Assembly (NCBI GenBank): GCA_965242725.1
Contig: CBDESZ010000031.1
Span: forward strand, 88,721 to 152,720
DNA from: Alkalispirochaeta sp.
GTDB lineage: Bacteria > Spirochaetota > Spirochaetia > DSM-27196 > Alkalispirochaetaceae
Direction of reading: 5' to 3'
Length of the DNA: 64,000 nt
The position numbers and the translations under genes were made by a program. This document shows, piece after piece, positions 58,011 to 64,000 of this stretch. Position 1 is the first letter of the stretch. Each line of letters starts with the position of its first letter. A model generated the notes under the pieces. It worked only from the letters and a program-made list of their open reading frames with translations, was not told where the DNA came from and ran no database searches.

Positions 58011-59489
58011 CTATATCACTTCCTCTTTGGTGCGGCGGTAGAGAAATACCGATCCCGGTCCCTTCTTGGTGATGTCCGTCATGGAGACGCCGAGTTCCCG
58101 GGCCAGGATCTCCATCGTTCTGGGATAGTCGAAACTTCCCTGACACCGTCCGGCTCCAAGCCATGTGCGTCGTTTGATCGCGTCATATGAAGTTGCCGGG
58201 ATGGGCGAGTGTATCGCCTCGACGATTTCCCCTTCCGTAACCTCTTCACACCGGCACACGATGCGTCCATAGGCTGCATTGGTTGCGATGATCTGTGCCC
58301 GTTCCTCATGGTTCAAATCGCGGAATCGGACGATCCGGCGCCGTCTCGGGTTCCAGTCGTCCTTGGGGATGAGTTCAAGGCCGGCGTCGCGGAGGAGACC
58401 CAGCGTGTATTCCGCTACCGCCGGAGCGGAGGCGTAGCCGGGCGACTCGATACCCGCCAGATTGAGCAGCCCCCTGACATTCTGTGAGACCTCGATGAGA
58501 AAGTCGCGGCCGTGGCCGTCGGGATGGTAGTTGCCGCTCGCACGGAGTCCTGCAAAGGTGGCTATCACATCCCGGGGGGACGCGGCGGGCACGAGTTTGG
58601 CGGCGCCCGCGACGATTTCCCCCATTCCTTCGGCGGTCACCGCGTGGTCTTCCTTGTCCTCCACAAAGTCGGAATTGGGACCGATCATGGTGTTGCCGTG
58701 GGTGGTGGTTGTGACGAGTATTCCTTTGCCCTTCTTCCCGGGAATGGGGAAAAGAACGGAGTTTATCCGGAACTTGCTGTCGTCGAATACGAAGTATTCG
58801 CCCCGCCGGGCGGATATCCGGTAGTCACGACGATCTCCGGCGAGATGCATGATTTCATCGGCATAGATGCCGGCAGCGTTGATGAACCACGTGGCGTGTA
58901 TAGTTCCCTCTGTGGTCTCAATGGCGGTAAGGGTACCGTCCTCGACGATGGCGCTGTGAACCTTTGTATTGAGGAGAAATTCCACCCCGTTGCGGGCGGC
59001 GTTTTCCGCGGGACCAAGGACGCCCTGGAACGGATCGATCACCGCCGCGGTTGGAGTCAGGAGGGCACCGGACACGTCGGGGTTGAGGTGCGGCTCGCGC
59101 TGGAGCGCTTCCCGGGCGGTGAGGATCTGCAGTCCCTCCACTCCGTTTTCCCGGCCTCGTTCAAGGAGCTCCGGAAGATGGTCCGCTTCTTCACCACCGA
59201 CGGCGACAACAAGCGCCCCCGTGTCCTTCAGGGGGATATCGAGGTCCGGCGCTATGGCATGCCACAACTCATTGCCCCTGACGTTGAGGCGAGCCTTGAG
59301 CGTTCCCGGTTCCGGATCGTGCCCGGAATGGATGATTGCGCTGTTGGAGTTGCTCTGTCCCATTCCGACATCGCTCTCTTTTTCAACCACGGCAACAGAG
59401 AGGCGATAGCGTGATAATTCCCGGGCTACCATGGAACCGATAACTCCGGCTCCGATGATAACGACGTCGTAATAACGGCGTTCCGTCAC
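58011..59489 (-). CDS. FAD-dependent oxidoreductase with BFD-like [2Fe-2S] domain (glycerol-3-phosphate dehydrogenase GlpA-like)
   Basis: GAGVIG, NSAIIHSG, AGIESPG, VCRCEEVT...GRCQG; GTG start after AGGAG. Confidence 0.88.
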   Translation of the reverse strand: MTERRYYDVVIIGAGVIGSMVARELSRYRLSVAVVEKESDVGMGQSNSNSAIIHSGHDPEPGTLKARLNVRGNELWHAIAPDLDIPLKDTGALVVAVGGEEADHLPELLERGRENGVEGLQILTAREALQREPHLNPDVSGALLTPTAAVIDPFQGVLGPAENAARNGVEFLLNTKVHSAIVEDGTLTAIETTEGTIHATWFINAAGIYADEIMHLAGDRRDYRISARRGEYFVFDDSKFRINSVLFPIPGKKGKGILVTTTTHGNTMIGPNSDFVEDKEDHAVTAEGMGEIVAGAAKLVPAASPRDVIATFAGLRASGNYHPDGHGRDFLIEVSQNVRGLLNLAGIESPGYASAPAVAEYTLGLLRDAGLELIPKDDWNPRRRRIVRFRDLNHEERAQIIATNAAYGRIVCRCEEVTEGEIVEAIHSPIPATSYDAIKRRTWLGAGRCQGSFDYPRTMEILARELGVSMTDITKKGPGSVFLYRRTKEEVI

Positions 59490-59629
59490 TGAAGACTCCT
59501 TCAATTGCATTGCTTTTCCGTTTCTATCACCATAGTGGGTGCATGAACGAATGTCAATCATGAATATAACAAATATAACACCACGGCGGGAACGTTGAAA
59601 AAAACGCCGCTGCGCCGCAGACTGTCGGT

Positions 59630-61132
59630 ATGGACAAGAAGTACGTAATGGCATTTGACGCGGGTACGACAAGCAACAGAGCGATTCTCTTTGATCATTC
59701 CGGCGGCATCGTCGCGGTGGCGCAGCAGGAGTTTCCCCAGATCTACCCCCGGCCGGGGTGGGTGGAACACGACCCGATGGATATCTGGTCGACCCAAAGC
59801 GGCGTTGCCCGTCAGGTGATTGAGAAGGCGGGCATCACACCCAATGAGGTGGCGGCGATCGGTATCACAAACCAACGGGAGACTGCAATCGTCTGGGACA
59901 GGAAGAGCGGAAAACCGATCATGAACGGGATCGTGTGGCAGGACCGCCGGACTGCGGGTATGTGCGACGAGCTGAAACGACGCGGACTCGAGGCGTACAT
60001 ACGGGAAACCACCGGCCTGGTCATCGACGCCTATTTCTCCGGGACAAAGATCGCATGGATGCTTGAAAATGTTGCCGGCGCACGGGAAGCGGCCGAGAAG
60101 GGGGAGCTCCTTTTCGGGACGGTGGACACCTGGCTCATCTGGAAACTTACCGGCGGCGCGGTTCACGTAACGGACTACTCCAATGCGTCACGTACGATGA
60201 TATATGACATAAAGAGCCTCGATTGGGATGACCGTCTTCTGAAGGAACTCGGGATTCCCCGGGCGATGCTGCCGGAGGTGCGGCCCTCCAGCGCCGTGTA
60301 CGGACGCACCGATTCCAAAACATTCGGCGGTGCGGAGATACCCGTCGCTGCTGCGATAGGTGACCAGCAGGGAGCACTCTTCGGTCAGGCGTGTTTCCGC
60401 AAGGGAATGGCAAAGAATACCTATGGTACGGGATCGTTCGTACTCATGAACACCGGCGAGGAGCCGGTCACATCGAAGACGGGACTGCTCACGACCATCG
60501 CCTGGGGACTCGATAACAGGGTTGAGTACGCCCTGGAAGGGGCCATCTTTGTCACCGGCGCCGCCGTCCAGTGGCTGCGGGACGAGCTGTGGGCGATCCA
60601 TGACGCCGCTGATACCAACTACTTCGCCTCCAAGGTTTCCGACACGAACGGAGTCTATATGGTGCCGGCATTTGTCGGCCTCGGCGCACCCTACTGGGAC
60701 CAGTACGCCCGGGGAGCCATCGTCGGTCTTACCCGCGGAGCCAATCGGGACCACATCGTCCGGGCAACTCTCGAGTCCATCGGGTATCAGACACGGGACG
60801 TCGTTGAGTGCATGGAAAAGGATTCCGGAATCGAAACGACGGAGCTGAAGGTTGACGGGGGCGCCTCGAACAACGATTTCCTCATGCAGTTTCAGGCGGA
60901 CATTCTCGGTGTACCCGTGCTGCGGCCGAAAATTGTGGAAACCACCGCCCGGGGATCAGCATTCCTTGCAGGCCTGGCCGTGGGTTTCTGGAGTACACAG
61001 GACGAGCTGAACGACGCCTTTGAGCTTGAACGGCGGTTTTCCCCGACCTTTGATGAGGGACACCGGGAAACGCTCTATCGGGGATGGAAAAAGGCGGTGG
61101 AGAAAGCGAGGGATTGGGAGGAGCACGCGTAG
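59630..61132 (+). CDS. glpK: Glycerol kinase
   Basis: [48 protein letters not shown]. Confidence 0.97.
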   Translation: MDKKYVMAFDAGTTSNRAILFDHSGGIVAVAQQEFPQIYPRPGWVEHDPMDIWSTQSGVARQVIEKAGITPNEVAAIGITNQRETAIVWDRKSGKPIMNGIVWQDRRTAGMCDELKRRGLEAYIRETTGLVIDAYFSGTKIAWMLENVAGAREAAEKGELLFGTVDTWLIWKLTGGAVHVTDYSNASRTMIYDIKSLDWDDRLLKELGIPRAMLPEVRPSSAVYGRTDSKTFGGAEIPVAAAIGDQQGALFGQACFRKGMAKNTYGTGSFVLMNTGEEPVTSKTGLLTTIAWGLDNRVEYALEGAIFVTGAAVQWLRDELWAIHDAADTNYFASKVSDTNGVYMVPAFVGLGAPYWDQYARGAIVGLTRGANRDHIVRATLESIGYQTRDVVECMEKDSGIETTELKVDGGASNNDFLMQFQADILGVPVLRPKIVETTARGSAFLAGLAVGFWSTQDELNDAFELERRFSPTFDEGHRETLYRGWKKAVEKARDWEEHA

Positions 61133-61136
61133 ATCC

Positions 61137-62990
61137 TCACACCCGTCCGATCAGTCGATCCAGCTGGAGTCGGGTGAGCTCGATCCACAGGGGACGACCG
61201 TGAGGGCAGCGCGGCGGTTCGAGGCGAAGGGTTTTTCGTGCAAGTTCCAGGGCGGTCAGATTATCGACGAAATCGCCGCCCTTGACGGCGGCCTTGCACG
61301 CTACCTCCGCGACGATCTGCCGATCAAGTTGTTCCTGTAGCCCCTCCAGCTCGGCGACCATTTCTACAATCACCTCTGCGTCGTCCCGATAGAGGTCGGG
61401 GACGGCGGTCAACTGCCAGGTGAGACCGTCGACATGTTCAAGGCGTATGCCGATTTCCCGATACTCATCGACGTGAGCGGAAAGACGGGCGTGCTGATCG
61501 TCGGTAAGGTCAAAGGTTTCCGGAATCAACAGGGACTGGGACGAGCGTTTTTCCCGGAAATAGTCATACAGCAGACGTTCATGGGCGGCGTGCTGGTCGA
61601 TGAGAAAGAGCCGTTCTTCCCACTCCGCGACGATGTAGGTGCCGAAGACCGTGCCCCGGACGGCAAGTTCTTCCGAGTCGGCGGCACGCAGGGGGTAGCG
61701 GTCGTCGCCTGGGAGCGTGTCGTCATCGGACGGCACGGCACGAACTCCCGGTTGAAAGGAAGGCTTCTCGGCCACGTGGCGAACGGGGAGGTCCGCAGAT
61801 CGGGTTGATCCGTAGGATGCCCGTGGTACGGTGAACCCACCGTGATCCCGACGTCCGGGACCGCCGACGGCTCCGCGATTGCCTTCGGCCGGAGGGCGTT
61901 GCATTTCCTGATGAAGAGGACGTCCCGCATCGGCGTCCCGTCGGGTGAAGGGGGAGTCGGGAAACTCCCGGTCAAGCTGAACGGCCCGAAGGGCGTAGGC
62001 TTTGAGAAAGGATCGCATGATTTCGACGAGGCGGTGGTGCAACTCTCCCGACGGCCTTATGCGTACCTCCCGTTTTGCCGGATGAATGTTGAAATCTATG
62101 AGTTCCGGATTGATATCCACGAGGACGGCCGCTGCGGGATACATGCCGCCGTGCTGTACGTCCTGATAGGCGTACTCCACCGCCTGTATCAGCCCATATT
62201 CCCACACCCGTCGATTGTTTACGAATACTCTGATATACCGCCGGTCCCGGCGGACTATTTCAGGTTCCGCGGCGACGACGGTAATGGAAAAGCCGTCTCC
62301 GCTCCCGCGGATCTCCCTGAGGGAGTGGACCGGCACGGCGGAACCAAAGACTTCAGCGGTGCGCTCGGTAAGACTCTGTCCCGGAAGTACCGTGCGCTTT
62401 CCCCCCTCCGACTGAAAGGAGAATCGGATATCCGGGAAGGGAAGCGCCTTGTCCATGATAACGTTGCGTATTGCCGTCGTCTCAGCTTGAGGACGGGAAA
62501 GAAAGCGACGCCGGGCAGGCAGATTGGCGAAGAGACGGTGTACCTCTACCGTTGTGCCCGGGGTGGGCGGCGCCGGATCAACGCTGCGCAGCGTCGCCTG
62601 GTCCACGACAAGACGGTGCCCTTTCTTCGCGTTCCGACCGGTGGTCGTTACGGTAAGGGCGCTGACTGCGGCGATGCTGGCAAGAGCTTCTCCCCGGAAA
62701 CCGAGGCTTTTGCTGTGTTCGAGGTCTTCAAGGGTTCGGATTTTGCTTGTTGCATGGGGCTTCCAGCATAATTCGAGGTCCCGGCGGTCCATGCCGAAAC
62801 CGTTGTCGTGAACGCGCAGGAGCTCCGCACCGCCGCCGCTCCAGGAGACGTCGATTTTGTCCGCGCCGGCATCGATACTGTTGTCAATGAGTTCCCTTAT
62901 CACCGACGCCGGCCGCTCGATCACTTCTCCCGCCGCGATGCGGCGGGAGACCTCGGGGGTGAGAATTTCTACCGGTTGGCGTTGCTCCAT
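61137..62990 (-). CDS. mutL: DNA mismatch repair endonuclease MutL
   Basis: IAAGEVIERPAS, GFRGEAL, NIHPAKREV, DQHAAHER, ACKAA, CPHGRP. Confidence 0.97.
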   Translation of the reverse strand: MEQRQPVEILTPEVSRRIAAGEVIERPASVIRELIDNSIDAGADKIDVSWSGGGAELLRVHDNGFGMDRRDLELCWKPHATSKIRTLEDLEHSKSLGFRGEALASIAAVSALTVTTTGRNAKKGHRLVVDQATLRSVDPAPPTPGTTVEVHRLFANLPARRRFLSRPQAETTAIRNVIMDKALPFPDIRFSFQSEGGKRTVLPGQSLTERTAEVFGSAVPVHSLREIRGSGDGFSITVVAAEPEIVRRDRRYIRVFVNNRRVWEYGLIQAVEYAYQDVQHGGMYPAAAVLVDINPELIDFNIHPAKREVRIRPSGELHHRLVEIMRSFLKAYALRAVQLDREFPDSPFTRRDADAGRPLHQEMQRPPAEGNRGAVGGPGRRDHGGFTVPRASYGSTRSADLPVRHVAEKPSFQPGVRAVPSDDDTLPGDDRYPLRAADSEELAVRGTVFGTYIVAEWEERLFLIDQHAAHERLLYDYFREKRSSQSLLIPETFDLTDDQHARLSAHVDEYREIGIRLEHVDGLTWQLTAVPDLYRDDAEVIVEMVAELEGLQEQLDRQIVAEVACKAAVKGGDFVDNLTALELARKTLRLEPPRCPHGRPLWIELTRLQLDRLIGRV

Positions 62991-62997
62991 GCCATGA

Positions 62998-63999
62998 CTA
63001 GAACCCGATCCGCGTTTGAATTGCAAGTACCGATGCCGTCTGTGGCGCGCCGTCTTTGCTGTAGACGATATTTCCCTGACTATCCCTGACGACCGCAGTG
63101 GAGTAGCGCGCTTCAAGAGCAACGATTTCGGAGAGGGGATATCGTGCAAAGGCGTCCAGTCGGGTGTAGGCGTCAAAGAGGTGCGCCTCGTCGTAGCCGT
63201 CCCAACCGGCGACGGTGGCGGCGAAATGGGTGCGTCGGTACTCCGCCCCGGCGGTTATGCCGAAGGGAAGCAGTCCATCCTGGGCGGTGACGCCAACCAG
63301 CAGCTCATCGTCGGATCCTCCGCTCCAGTTGCCTGCGTCATCGATCTCCCACGGCCAGGCGTATCCACCGGTTAGACGAAGAAGATTCGCGATCGATGCA
63401 GATACTTCTCCCGCGACGGCAAGGGTTCGGTTCTGGTACTCCTCCGCAGTGGTGTTGACGAGGTAATTCACCGTATCGATTGCATAGGCACTTCTTGTCC
63501 GTTCATAGGTGGGCCCATAAAAGGCGGGTCGGAATATGCCGTCGTATCCCCGCGCTTCAAGACGGTAGTCTGCAATCAGGAGGTTGCCCCGGGTACCGAC
63601 GGTCCAGCCGAAGTTCTTGAGATCTCCTGAAGAAAAATCGACAAGTGCGCTGGTCTTCAACCCTGCTCGCACCGACTCCGTTCCGATCGTCGTCTTCTGC
63701 CGCAGATAGGGAATGAATCCCCCCGCTTCGGCAAAACCGATCAATGAGAAAATTTCCCTGTCCACAATCGGTACTTCCAGGTCCATGGCGACATTGAGAA
63801 AGAGAGGTTTTCCCTCCTTTGTCGCTTCAGCGAGGGTCAGTATCGGCTGGTCCAGAGGCGTACCGTCCTCGTCCGCAAGGGCAATGGTCGTTGCGGGGTA
63901 GAGGTCGGTAACGGCGCTGATTCCAACTGCGGCGGGAATGACGGGAGCGGCGGGACGGAAGAAAATACGTCCGCCGTAAATTTCCGGCGCGGCGAGGTC
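62998..63999 (-). CDS. Hypothetical outer-membrane (beta-barrel-like) protein, 5'-truncated by the window edge
   Basis: Frame stays open to the window end (DLAAPEIYGGRIFFRP...); amphipathic strands; C-terminal Phe. Confidence 0.7.
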   Translation of the reverse strand, partial: DLAAPEIYGGRIFFRPAAPVIPAAVGISAVTDLYPATTIALADEDGTPLDQPILTLAEATKEGKPLFLNVAMDLEVPIVDREIFSLIGFAEAGGFIPYLRQKTTIGTESVRAGLKTSALVDFSSGDLKNFGWTVGTRGNLLIADYRLEARGYDGIFRPAFYGPTYERTRSAYAIDTVNYLVNTTAEEYQNRTLAVAGEVSASIANLLRLTGGYAWPWEIDDAGNWSGGSDDELLVGVTAQDGLLPFGITAGAEYRRTHFAATVAGWDGYDEAHLFDAYTRLDAFARYPLSEIVALEARYSTAVVRDSQGNIVYSKDGAPQTASVLAIQTRIGF

Positions 64000-64000
64000 G

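Noticed and set aside
56568..58190. Long antisense ORFs (540 aa here; also 41180..42466, 31960..33024, 8341..9264, 61842..62771)
   Set aside because: Shadows of well-supported genes on the opposite strand in GC-rich DNA

Overview
Bacterial chromosomal window, probably from a free-living spirochaete (Spirochaeta/Alkalispirochaeta-like). This is inferred from the 'FAGGQGE' binding-protein signal peptide and a spirochaete-type outer-membrane ORF. (1) 1-24.8 kb is a large inositol/cyclitol catabolic region with four Gfo/Idh/MocA dehydrogenases, an IolE-like enzyme, iolC, two iolB, two iolD, and LacI and DeoR regulators. It has no iolJ or iolA. Two non-canonical operons sit in their place: CoA-acylating aldehyde dehydrogenase / CoA-transferase / HMG-CoA-lyase family / split transketolase, and transaldolase-family / SauS-like acylating dehydrogenase. 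The latter is divergent from the decayed remains of a Na+-pumping acyl-CoA decarboxylase operon. I interpret these (inference) as undescribed transketolase- and transaldolase-based lower pathways for inositols, possibly including C-methyl-inositols. (2) 25-37.5 kb is a divergent ROK-regulated polyol/rare-sugar uptake and catabolism cluster. (3) 37.5-40.9 kb is an nfeD-floA operon. (4) 41.2-51.8 kb is a defence island beside tRNA-Pro(GGG). It holds a type I R-M system whose hsdM appears to carry an in-frame deletion at motif IV, a PD-(D/E)xK nuclease, an antisense AbiE-like pair and an M48 peptidase. (5) 52-64 kb is housekeeping: LuxR, Rnk-like, DHOD-like, GNAT, glycerol utilisation, mutL and a partial outer-membrane protein. 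Several of these genes have leaderless-type promoters. All assignments come from motif recognition by eye; no database searches were run.
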